Part shown: positions 52,118-60,928 of the stretch, one piece after another
Position numbering within the stretch: the first letter of the stretch is position 1
How the letters are laid out: each line of letters starts with the position of its first letter
Assembly: GCA_022508305.1 (NCBI GenBank)
Contig: JAFLVM010000003.1
Location: forward strand, 39,111-103,110
Source: Clostridiales bacterium
Lineage (GTDB): Bacteria > Bacillota > Clostridia > Christensenellales > CAG-314
Reading direction: 5' to 3'
DNA length: 64,000 bases
Program-made: the position numbers and the translations under genes
The notes under the pieces: generated by a model
What the model was told of the DNA's origin: nothing
Database searches by the model: none
The model's input: only the letters and a program-made list of their open reading frames with translations

Positions 52118-54019
52118 ATGGCAGAAGTAAGTTTAAAACATATTTATAAGGTTTATCCCAACGGTACGAAAGCGGTAAACGATTTCAATATGCACATTGA
52201 TGACAAAGAGTTTATCGTGTTTGTTGGACCTTCGGGCTGCGGCAAATCGACTACGCTACGAATGATTGCGGGCTTGGAGGACATTTCCGCAGGCGAACTC
52301 AAAATCGGCGATTTGATAGTCAACGATATGGAACCCAAGGATAGAGATATTGCAATGGTATTCCAAAACTACGCGCTCTATCCGCATATGACGGTCTACG
52401 AGAACATAGCATTCGGTTTGCGCCTTAGAAAGCTCCCGAAGGAGGAAATACATAACAAGGTAATCGAAGCGGCGGAAATTCTCGGAATAACGGAATATCT
52501 CAACAAAAAACCCAAAGAAATGTCAGGCGGACAAAGGCAACGCGTTGCGCTCGGAAGAGCGATAGTGCGCGAACCAAAGGTTATGCTTTTGGATGAGCCG
52601 CTAAGCAACCTTGATGCAAAACTCCGCACAGCAATGAGAGCGGAAATCGCCAAGCTGCACGCAAAGCTTCAAACGACGTTTATTTACGTTACGCACGATC
52701 AGGTTGAGGCAATGACGATGGGCACGCGTATCGTCGTCATGAAGGACGGTTACGTTCAGCAGATAGACACTCCCAAGAATCTCTACAACTATCCCGCCAA
52801 CAAATTCGTAGCGGGCTTCATAGGAACGCCTCAAATGAATTTCTTTGAGGGTACGCTGCTCAAAAAGGGTGACGACGTAATAGTCAGGTTTGACAATTGC
52901 AACGTAGAAATAACCGTTCCATATTCTATGCTGTACAAGACGGAACCCAAATATCTTGAGGGCAAGGACAAGGTGTGTATCGGTTTGCGCGCTGAAGACG
53001 TATCGCTTGTCACAGGCGGCGCTAAGAGCGGCAAAACGACCATTAAGGTGGTAGTTTCGCACAAAGAGGAACTGGGCAGTGAAACGCTTGTCTACGGCGA
53101 CGTAAACCTAAACGGCGACGGCTATTCCGAAAGTTCGACGCGTATCATTTTCAAGGATACGAGCGAAGTAGAGCTAAAAGCAGGCGACGTAGTGGAAGTG
53201 GCGCTCAATCTGGACAGGATACACCTGTTTGACAAAGAAACGGAGCGTTCGGTGCTTCCTCGCGTTCCCGAATACAACTATCTCGACTGCTCAATCAAGG
53301 ATGGTAAGCTTTCTTTCTTCGGTACGGAGATTGAACTGCCAGAGGCGCTAAGACGCGACGACTGTCAAGGCGAGCTTTTGATACCGACGAACGCCGTTAC
53401 GCTTGACGGTAAGCTTAGCGCTAAGGTTTTGTCCTGCGAAAAGGTAAATGACCGCTACCTACTTACGCTCACGTTGAACGGTACACGGCTGTACGCAGTT
53501 TCGACAGAACCTGTCGATGCTAAGACGGTAAACGTAGGCATTGACCTAAAGAAGCTAACCGTAACCGTTCAAGGAGAGCAAATAATTTCACCTCTTGCCG
53601 AGGTAAACAAGATAGATTGCAAATTCGTCAAACGCATTGCAGTTAAACAGGTGGAAGTCAAGGGTAAGACGAAAAAGGAGAAATCCGTATGCTTTGGCTT
53701 TGAGGTTGCAGACGCGTATTTCGAGGCGGAGGAGGCTCTCACGCAGAAGATACTGTCCGCGCTGGGCGTTAAAAAGGCGTTTGCTACTGCGCTTAAAATG
53801 GAGTGCGGAGTGGACGACTTGATGATTTCCGACAACGGAATAGCTGCCCGCGTTGAAGAAACGCTGGACTACGGCGCAGAAAAATTCTTAAAATGTGTAG
53901 TCGGCAATGACACGGTATTCGTCAAAACGGACAGAGAGTACACGGGAGACGTGTTCCTGACTCCGAATTTTGAAAGAATCGGCGTAACGGAAACGGACAG
54001 AGACATTAAGATAGTTTGA
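52118..54019 (+). CDS. msmX: Sugar ABC ATPase (MsmX/MalK-like) with long C-terminal extension
   Basis: Start reassigned to ATG 52118; GPSGCGKS, VFQNYALYPH, SGGQRQR, DEPLSNLD, FVAGFIG. Confidence 0.88.
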   Translation: MAEVSLKHIYKVYPNGTKAVNDFNMHIDDKEFIVFVGPSGCGKSTTLRMIAGLEDISAGELKIGDLIVNDMEPKDRDIAMVFQNYALYPHMTVYENIAFGLRLRKLPKEEIHNKVIEAAEILGITEYLNKKPKEMSGGQRQRVALGRAIVREPKVMLLDEPLSNLDAKLRTAMRAEIAKLHAKLQTTFIYVTHDQVEAMTMGTRIVVMKDGYVQQIDTPKNLYNYPANKFVAGFIGTPQMNFFEGTLLKKGDDVIVRFDNCNVEITVPYSMLYKTEPKYLEGKDKVCIGLRAEDVSLVTGGAKSGKTTIKVVVSHKEELGSETLVYGDVNLNGDGYSESSTRIIFKDTSEVELKAGDVVEVALNLDRIHLFDKETERSVLPRVPEYNYLDCSIKDGKLSFFGTEIELPEALRRDDCQGELLIPTNAVTLDGKLSAKVLSCEKVNDRYLLTLTLNGTRLYAVSTEPVDAKTVNVGIDLKKLTVTVQGEQIISPLAEVNKIDCKFVKRIAVKQVEVKGKTKKEKSVCFGFEVADAYFEAEEALTQKILSALGVKKAFATALKMECGVDDLMISDNGIAARVEETLDYGAEKFLKCVVGNDTVFVKTDREYTGDVFLTPNFERIGVTETDRDIKIV

Positions 54020-54041
54020 GGTAGAATAAAAGCAAAAACTA

Positions 54042-54076
54042 AAAAGCCACTTCTAAGAACAAGGAAGTGGTTTTTT
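54042..54076 (+). terminator. Intrinsic terminator of the maltodextrin operon
   Basis: AAAAGCCACTTCT...GGAAGTGGTTTTTT. Confidence 0.75.
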
Positions 54077-54177
54077 AATTTGTGGTAAAAATTCGAAAAA
54101 CAAGACGGTAACACGATTCGTTCAATTTTAATAGTATGTTTGTAGGGGTAACCCAAAAATGTACAAGGAGAAAGAAA

Positions 54178-54537
54178 ATGAATTGTTGTAGAAATTCAAA
54201 TAACTGCTGTCACAACGAGAGCAATCAAAACAGGCTGATTATCATCGAACGCGGTCCGAGAGGTCCGAGAGGCTTCACGGGTCCTCAAGGTATCATGGGG
54301 CCTCCGGGAAATGACGGAGCAACAGGCGCAACAGGCGCGACAGGTCCCCAAGGTTTGCAAGGTATTCGAGGCGTAACCGGTCCTACAGGCGCAACTGGTG
54401 CGACAGGCGCAATCGGTCCCACGGGCCCTCAAGGCCCTTCCGGTATTGACGGCGTTGACGGCGGCGTAGGTCCCACAGGTCCGACGGGAGCCACCGGAGC
54501 AACAGGAGCTACTGAACAAGTAACTTATGGGAAATAA
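54178..54537 (+). CDS. Short collagen-like protein (BclA-like GXY repeats), possibly truncated
   Basis: RBS AAGGAG; Cys-rich N-terminus; 29 contiguous Gly-X-Y triplets rich in GAT/GPT; ends 7 aa after the last triplet. Confidence 0.75.
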   Translation: MNCCRNSNNCCHNESNQNRLIIIERGPRGPRGFTGPQGIMGPPGNDGATGATGATGPQGLQGIRGVTGPTGATGATGAIGPTGPQGPSGIDGVDGGVGPTGPTGATGATGATEQVTYGK

Positions 54538-54723
54538 CAAAAGATATAGTCAAAGCATCAAAATATGGTAAAAATAGTGGTATTTATTACATAAAAACAG
54601 CAGGAAATCTAATCCTGCTTTTTTATATACAAATTTCACAAAATCTCTTAACAAATTGAAAATAACTTAGGTATATATTTATAATTATTTTAAGTTTATT
54701 GTTTATAGGAAAAATGTACTAAC

Positions 54724-56490
54724 GTGAAAAGAAAAAGACTTTTTATTATTGGCAATGGATTTGATTTAGCAAATGGGATCAATACCTCATATAGAAGCTT
54801 TTATAGTTATCTTAAACAAAATGACTACGAGACGTTTAATTTAACTTGTGCACTGTTTTGGGATCAATATGATGAAACGGATTCGCTGTGGAGTGATTTT
54901 GAGGCAAATTTGTCTGCATTCAACAGCACTTCTTTTGATATTGATGTAGATATCCAAACCCTTGATATTGAGCATGTAGCTGTAGCAGACGCAAAAATTG
55001 CAAGAGTGATAGATGCTTGGAAAAAAAATCTGTACGTAATGTTTAAATCTTGGATTCGTGATATTTTTCAGGGTATTGTTACAGTGGAGCCTTTAGCCAA
55101 TAACACAGACATTTTTTTGAATTTTAATTATACCGCTACGTTGGAACTACTATATGGTATTCCTTCACAAAATATTTTACACATACATAATAGCATTGAA
55201 AACGATACTCTAATATTGGGACATGGAGTGGAATTCAATCGGCAAAAAATTTTAGAATTTTATGGTTTAATTGAAAATGGAAAGATTAAATCGAGTATAG
55301 AAGATTATCTATATGCCTATACGCACTATTATATAGGTTCATTACTAAGAAAAGATGTGCAATCAATAATTAAAAATAAAATGGGTTTCTTTGACGATTA
55401 CTCTGAGGTGGAAGAAATTGTTATTTTGGGTCATTCATTAGGAGCGGTGGATTTGCCGTATTTTAAGTGGATAGCGGATAGATACACAGATTGTCAATGG
55501 AAGGTGGGCTATTATAAGGAAAACGAAATTGAAAACTTTAAGAATAGTCTGAAAATGATTGGTGTAAATAACTGCAAATTTGAAGAAACAAAAAAATTGA
55601 TTGTTAATTACTTTAATAAATTATGGACAAAAGATGAACTTTATTTGGATGATTGTACTGACCATATTGAAAGAAACTTGAAGAAAGAAAATGAAAACAG
55701 TGATTCTGAAATACAGGAAATATTACGGAATCTTTCTCTGGAACATGAAACAAATAACAATGAAATAATCAAATTGAGTGAGAAGCCAGTACATGATGAA
55801 GAATACTATTTGAAAACAATAAGCAGTTACCGAAGGCAGTTAATTATCGGGGAAATTATTAGAAAATATTTGGCGGCTGCCTTGGGCGGACTCGGCGTAT
55901 ACTATCAATCTGCCGGAAACGATGAGAAAGCATTAGAGCAATATACAGCTGCTCTACAGGAGTATATTATCTATGGATTGGAGTCATTAGAAGATTCGCT
56001 CAATGAGTTTACTGTAGTATTACATAATATAGCGATCATTTATAATAAACACGATGAAATAACTGTAAAGGAGTTACAAATATTTGATACAATTTCGAGC
56101 GCAGATTTATTGCCGTTAATACCGCAATCTATAAATGATTACGGAGGTGGGTGTTTTCTGCTAGGATTGGCTTTTTTCAAAAGAATGGATTATAAACGAG
56201 CAATTATCTTTTTAACGATTGCTAAGAATGCTTACGAACAAATTGGAAACAAGCCAATTCGCATCGCATTATGTAATTTAAATAAAGCTAAGTGTCTAAT
56301 TAATTTAAAAGAATACACAAAAGCTGAAGAAATCTTGTTGAAAACGATCTCTATTTTACAGAATCTAACAGGTACACGCACGGAAGGATTGCTAAAAGAA
56401 TCTTATTTGTGCCTTTATACAGTGTATAGAGAGCAAAATAATATGGAACAGGCAAAGTTGTATTTTACAAAGTGTCAAAATATTATTTAA
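54724..56490 (+). CDS. AbiH-family (SIR2-like) abortive infection protein fused to C-terminal TPR-like repeats
   Basis: LFIIGNGFDLA, WSDFE, LNFNYT, LHIH, LILGHG, ILGHSLGAVDLPYF; C-terminal LGVYY...A...Y, LGLAF...DY..A TPR-like helices. Confidence 0.8.
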   Translation: MKRKRLFIIGNGFDLANGINTSYRSFYSYLKQNDYETFNLTCALFWDQYDETDSLWSDFEANLSAFNSTSFDIDVDIQTLDIEHVAVADAKIARVIDAWKKNLYVMFKSWIRDIFQGIVTVEPLANNTDIFLNFNYTATLELLYGIPSQNILHIHNSIENDTLILGHGVEFNRQKILEFYGLIENGKIKSSIEDYLYAYTHYYIGSLLRKDVQSIIKNKMGFFDDYSEVEEIVILGHSLGAVDLPYFKWIADRYTDCQWKVGYYKENEIENFKNSLKMIGVNNCKFEETKKLIVNYFNKLWTKDELYLDDCTDHIERNLKKENENSDSEIQEILRNLSLEHETNNNEIIKLSEKPVHDEEYYLKTISSYRRQLIIGEIIRKYLAAALGGLGVYYQSAGNDEKALEQYTAALQEYIIYGLESLEDSLNEFTVVLHNIAIIYNKHDEITVKELQIFDTISSADLLPLIPQSINDYGGGCFLLGLAFFKRMDYKRAIIFLTIAKNAYEQIGNKPIRIALCNLNKAKCLINLKEYTKAEEILLKTISILQNLTGTRTEGLLKESYLCLYTVYREQNNMEQAKLYFTKCQNII

Positions 56491-56595
56491 CTGCAAAATA
56501 ATTCTGAGACGATAAAGAATATGTGCATAGTTGTAGGCATACTTAATCCAATATGTTATAATAATTCGAAGACAATACAAATGGAGATATAACAA

Positions 56596-58437
56596 ATGAT
56601 AAATTTGATTTTTAAGACCAAAGAAAGCTACAATGTAAGTCCCAATAGTTTGTTGCCTATAAATAACGATTATAATTATAAAGGTAGCAATTGTTGTTTT
56701 GGAGCTTTGTCAAAAACGAATGTTTTTATTGGTGAGAATAATTCAGGTAAAAGTAGATTTTTAAGGAATTTATTCGAAACAGAGTTTTCGGCAATTTGTG
56801 ATGAGCAAATTGATAGATTTTTATCTGAAACAGGTAATTATGCGTTTAATTCTGGTGAGATAGAAAAACTGAAATCTAAAATTACACAATTCAATAGAAT
56901 ATATGAATCTAATGGGCGAGATGCTGCTCCTTATGGTTACGGAGGCAATGACTTTTTTTCCAAATTGAAAAAACATTCAATCTCATGCAGCAAAACCGAC
57001 AGATTTTATTTCCCTATAATTAGAGGAACCAAAGATTATCAAACTGTTATCAATAAAAAGTTGGAAACATTTATTTCCCAATCTCCCATTCAAAATAAGG
57101 ATTCTATTAACCATTATATTAGTTTGCTAAATCTAGAAGCCCAGGGTTTAGAGTCATTTGATGTGTATAATGAAATTATTAAGCATGAATATTTTAGGGA
57201 TGACAAAAGTTTAGGCGAGAACATTTTAACGGGCGGTAAGCTTTATAAAGAGATAAAGTCTATGTTATTAGGCGAGGAGTCTCAGCGTAAAACAATTGAA
57301 GATTTCCAAATATTCTTGCGTGATACTTTTTTCAGCGACTACGATAAAGTTCAGCTTATTCCCAATGAACAAAAGAAAGTTTTATATGTCAAAATTGGTA
57401 AAGATGAGCGGGCAATATACAACTGGGGTGATGGTACACAACAGTTAATAATTATTCTGTTTTCATTGTTTAAGCATAAAGATGAACAAAATAAGTTGTT
57501 TTTTATTGAGGAGCCTGAATTATATTTACATCCAGGTGTGTTAAGGAAGTTCATTGAGGTAATCAACTCGGATATCTTTAAAAACCATCAATATTTCATT
57601 ACGACTCATTCCAATATCGTGCTAGATACCTCTGCCGATAATGTCAGTATGTCAATATTTAAATTTAAGAAAGTTAAAGATGCAACAAAAAACAATGGCA
57701 AACCTTTCTTGATTGAACAATGTAATAATGGAGATGTATCATTACTAAACGAATTAGGTGTTAGAAATTCGAGCGTATTCTTATCGAATTGCAGCATATG
57801 GGTTGAGGGAATTACAGATAGACTATATTTGAAACATTATTTGAAACTATATGTCGAACACTTAAATAAAGAAGATCCCTCTAAAAAGGAGTATAGGGAA
57901 AATATCGACTATACATTTATTGAATATGGAGGAAGTAATCTTGTTCATTTCAATTTTGGTGAAGATGACATTTCGGATAGTATCAATGCAAAATATATCA
58001 ACAGTAAAATTTTCCTGATTGCAGATAATGACAACACTGAAGAAGGAACAGATAAAGCCATAAGGAAAGCAAGACTAAGAGAACAACTAGGGGAAAATTT
58101 CTATGAACTTACTGTTAAAGAGATTGAAAATTTAATAACTCAAGAAACTTTAAGAAAAGTGCTAATAGTGCAAAATCCTAAGAAAGAAAAAGAAATCAAT
58201 AAAGCGTTTGATGTAAAATACGACTTTGAGCACGAGAGTTTAGGTGAGTTTGTTGATTTATTATTCACGAATGATGAAATAAAGAAATATGCTGCCGAAA
58301 GTGGAACAATAAAAAACAAATTAGCTTTCTGTAAGACTGTTATAGAAGTTACCAAGGATTACGACGACTTATCTGACGAAGCAAAAAAACTAACAGAAAA
58401 AGTATATACGTTTATAAAGAAAAATAACGAGATATAA
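56596..58437 (+). CDS. OLD-family-like ABC ATPase-TOPRIM nuclease
   Basis: Walker A GENNSGKS, signature-like WGDG, Walker B IEEPELYLHP, TTHS, TOPRIM WVEGITD and ADND, EIEN. Confidence 0.85.
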   Translation: MINLIFKTKESYNVSPNSLLPINNDYNYKGSNCCFGALSKTNVFIGENNSGKSRFLRNLFETEFSAICDEQIDRFLSETGNYAFNSGEIEKLKSKITQFNRIYESNGRDAAPYGYGGNDFFSKLKKHSISCSKTDRFYFPIIRGTKDYQTVINKKLETFISQSPIQNKDSINHYISLLNLEAQGLESFDVYNEIIKHEYFRDDKSLGENILTGGKLYKEIKSMLLGEESQRKTIEDFQIFLRDTFFSDYDKVQLIPNEQKKVLYVKIGKDERAIYNWGDGTQQLIIILFSLFKHKDEQNKLFFIEEPELYLHPGVLRKFIEVINSDIFKNHQYFITTHSNIVLDTSADNVSMSIFKFKKVKDATKNNGKPFLIEQCNNGDVSLLNELGVRNSSVFLSNCSIWVEGITDRLYLKHYLKLYVEHLNKEDPSKKEYRENIDYTFIEYGGSNLVHFNFGEDDISDSINAKYINSKIFLIADNDNTEEGTDKAIRKARLREQLGENFYELTVKEIENLITQETLRKVLIVQNPKKEKEINKAFDVKYDFEHESLGEFVDLLFTNDEIKKYAAESGTIKNKLAFCKTVIEVTKDYDDLSDEAKKLTEKVYTFIKKNNEI

Positions 58438-58512
58438 ATTTAGTTATTTGCTAGGGTATTCTGCCAAGTATGAGTCATCTTGTGACACAATTTATTATAT
58501 ACATAATTAACG

Positions 58513-58541
58513 TTGACAAATTGGTTTCGGTATTTTAAAAT
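58513..58541 (+). promoter_or_regulatory. Sigma-A promoter
   Basis: TTGACA-17bp-TAAAAT. Confidence 0.75.
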
Positions 58542-58601
58542 GTAATTGCTTAATTTAGGCGCCTAAAAATATAATTAAGCGTGTCAAGGAGGTGATGCTA
58601 C

Positions 58602-58736
58602 ATGGAGAGTTTTTTCGAAACTCTTATGCAGTCGATTAAGGGTCCGGTTCGCGCCACCGATCACTTCCTTATTCCAACTATTCACGACTATCCGACAGAT
58701 AGTCGTTTTTTATCTGTGATAGCTAATTTAGCTTAA
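58602..58736 (+). CDS. Putative 44-aa small peptide, or ORF within a small RNA
   Basis: RBS AAGGAGGTG; MESFFETLMQSIKGPVRATDHFLIPTIHDYPTDSRFLSVIANLA; contains an internal terminator-like hairpin. Confidence 0.4.
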   Translation: MESFFETLMQSIKGPVRATDHFLIPTIHDYPTDSRFLSVIANLA

Positions 58737-58909
58737 TGAGTCTTCACAGTCTAATTAAAATAGGGCAGCGTGTACAATTCGGTTGTTTGTATAAAATTAG
58801 GCGTTTTGCAGAATACTATATCTGACATAGTATGTAAAAATGTCAATAAAGTTTAATTTTTAAATGTAAATTTATTGCTTTTTGTATTTACTTATGATAA
58901 ACTATGATT

Positions 58910-59111
58910 GTAATTATGGTATGTAAACCATAATATAATAAATTTAATACCGATGCGTAACCACTCCAATGGGTTATTGAAATGCATTAAGCTACCTGTC
59001 GCGTATCGAAGTTAATTGGATGGATTTACTAATGAGTCAAACAATAAACGATAATGATTAATTCCGCGAGAGAGAAACGTATTATGCGTGTCTATTTCTT
59101 GCGTTTTTTTT
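58910..59111 (+). ncRNA. Structured pseudoknotted RNA candidate (drum/DUF3800-associated-like)
   Basis: Promoter TTGCTT-17-TAAACT (58875-58903); stems CGATGCG/CGTATCG and TAACC/GGTTA; loop TCCAAT pairs with ATTGGA; terminator 59065-59111. Confidence 0.6.
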
Positions 59112-59138
59112 GTCGTTGAGGAATTTACAGAAGACAAA

Positions 59139-59627
59139 ATGAAGATCATACAATCATCACACATAGCGGCCTTTAACTACTATGAAAAGAATTTAAAGGA
59201 ACTAGCCATCAATAAATTAAAGAATTTTAAGATTGCTACGAGCGATATCATGGAGAATCTGTACTTGATTCTGGTATCTCTTATTCCTTTATTTTTCTAC
59301 CCGGCATTTTATTACGTCGTTGACAAAGAGTATAACTTCATATATGGAATATTTAATAATCCTGACATAATGCTGTTGTCAATTCCATATATAATGCATT
59401 GTATACTATGGATATCAAGTCGAGAGGGATTACGATGGAAGAAACCCACAGTGGGGTGGTATGCTCTCATCATAATTGTGTCGGTACTAGTTTATTTATT
59501 GTTAAAGTTAAATAGTACTGAAACAAGCTTGATGCGAATTGCAATAATATGGTTATTTTTTGGAATGACTATTGTTTCGGGAATTATTGGAACTTTCGTG
59601 GTATGCTTGCATAAGGAGGAGGAATAA
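59139..59627 (+). CDS. Hypothetical four-TM membrane protein
   Basis: Four hydrophobic segments; ATG 59139 preferred because the longer ORF starts inside the terminator. Confidence 0.7.
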   Translation: MKIIQSSHIAAFNYYEKNLKELAINKLKNFKIATSDIMENLYLILVSLIPLFFYPAFYYVVDKEYNFIYGIFNNPDIMLLSIPYIMHCILWISSREGLRWKKPTVGWYALIIIVSVLVYLLLKLNSTETSLMRIAIIWLFFGMTIVSGIIGTFVVCLHKEEE

Positions 59628-59628
59628 A

Positions 59629-59976
59629 ATGGAAATTGCAATCTTGGTTTTAGTAATTATTATGTTCCTATTTTCTTTAGGTGCAATAATTTGTATTGTA
59701 AGTTTCGCCTATAAGGGAAAGAAACAGAAAACTAAAAAGAGTGAAATAAATATTCAAAAAAATAAAGAAATATTGTCAACATCGCGTTCTTCTAAAGAGT
59801 GTGCAAATGCTGGTTGGGAGATAGTAAGTAATAATGCTACGGTCTTTACTGTAAATACCAGAAAATCAAAATATAGTGATGAGCGTGAAAGCCATCATTT
59901 TAGCCAAAATCTTACAGATAAAAGATTAGCTTTATTGAATCAGATAGATGGAGAATGTGAATATGGACGATATTGA
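59629..59976 (+). CDS. Hypothetical single-TM protein
   Basis: RBS AAGGAGGAGG, ATG 59629; N-terminal TM then basic soluble tail. Confidence 0.7.
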   Translation: MEIAILVLVIIMFLFSLGAIICIVSFAYKGKKQKTKKSEINIQKNKEILSTSRSSKECANAGWEIVSNNATVFTVNTRKSKYSDERESHHFSQNLTDKRLALLNQIDGECEYGRY

Positions 59977-60535
59977 ATTTGTCTCTATGAAAACAGCTGA
60001 CATATTTAAAAAATATAATATTAAAGAAGAGCGATATAAAAGTAGATACGAAGCTCTTTTGAATGATATAAATAATTACATCAAAGCATCTAAACTTGAT
60101 AAGACTCAAGTTGTATTGAACAAATATAGTTTGAGTTGTATGTTGGTTGATTTTTTTATGGACATTGGGAGACTGAAAGAGTTTCATCATATTGATCGTA
60201 TCAACAGTATTAAAATAGTTTCCTATATTTCATATTGGTTTCTTAGAAGAAAACCGATACAAGTTTTATCTGATGAGGATAGTCTTTTATATATCAACGA
60301 AAAGTTTATAACGCTTTACATTTTGGATTTTTTGATGAACGATGAGCGTGGAAATATATTAGACAGAGAAGAAAAAGGGCTTGTAGCATTTAGGGAACAG
60401 TTATGCTATTATCTTAAATATCGGCATTTTGATGCACAATCTATTGAGATGATACTAATGTCTTTTTTTGCTGGACAAATTTACGAAAATTTAGAAGAAG
60501 ATTTAAGCGACAAATTACCAAAATCTGAGAATTAA
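59948..60535 (+). CDS. Conserved-looking helical hypothetical protein
   Basis: DFFMDIGRLKEFH...KIVSYISYWFLRRKPIQ...INEKF; overlaps the upstream gene; start may be 59963. Confidence 0.75.
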   Translation: MENVNMDDIEFVSMKTADIFKKYNIKEERYKSRYEALLNDINNYIKASKLDKTQVVLNKYSLSCMLVDFFMDIGRLKEFHHIDRINSIKIVSYISYWFLRRKPIQVLSDEDSLLYINEKFITLYILDFLMNDERGNILDREEKGLVAFREQLCYYLKYRHFDAQSIEMILMSFFAGQIYENLEEDLSDKLPKSEN

Positions 60536-60722
60536 AGATATTTTTAATGAAGTTTGCTTAACAAAACACCGACGTAACTAGTATATAAATATACACACAG
60601 GGAAAAGACAGATATTTTTGTCAAATATAAATTATCTAAAGTACATAATTAGGCACAGTTCAAAAGAGCTGTGCCTAATGCTTTGTATGTCGAAGAATCC
60701 GACTTGTTCTGTCGGCTTTCTA

Positions 60723-60752
60723 TTGACATTAATACTATTTTTTTGCTATAAT
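60723..60752 (+). promoter_or_regulatory. Sigma-A promoter with extended -10
   Basis: TTGACA-18bp-TATAAT with TG at the extended position. Confidence 0.8.
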
Positions 60753-60758
60753 CAAAAA

Positions 60759-60928
60759 AGCCAAATCATAACCGAATATATAGTTTTTCTTCGAGCATAG
60801 TTATAGGTAGGACTATACTTTGTCATCGCGCTTAATTTCTCGTTGAGAAATTCGGTTTTGGTTTGGCGACTAGCGATGGACGGTATATTCTACGATGTCG
60901 TTCTTTGCAAGAGGAGCGACATCTTTTT
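60759..60928 (+). ncRNA. Structured pseudoknotted RNA candidate (skipping-rope-like)
   Basis: 18-bp stem 60760-77/60850-67 with one mismatch; pseudoknot GTCATCGC/GCGATGGAC; terminator 60894-60928. Confidence 0.65.

Noticed and set aside
56596-59111. Retron or Gabija system around the OLD-like gene
   Set aside because: No reverse transcriptase (YADD) or UvrD-like helicase ORF is present in the window.
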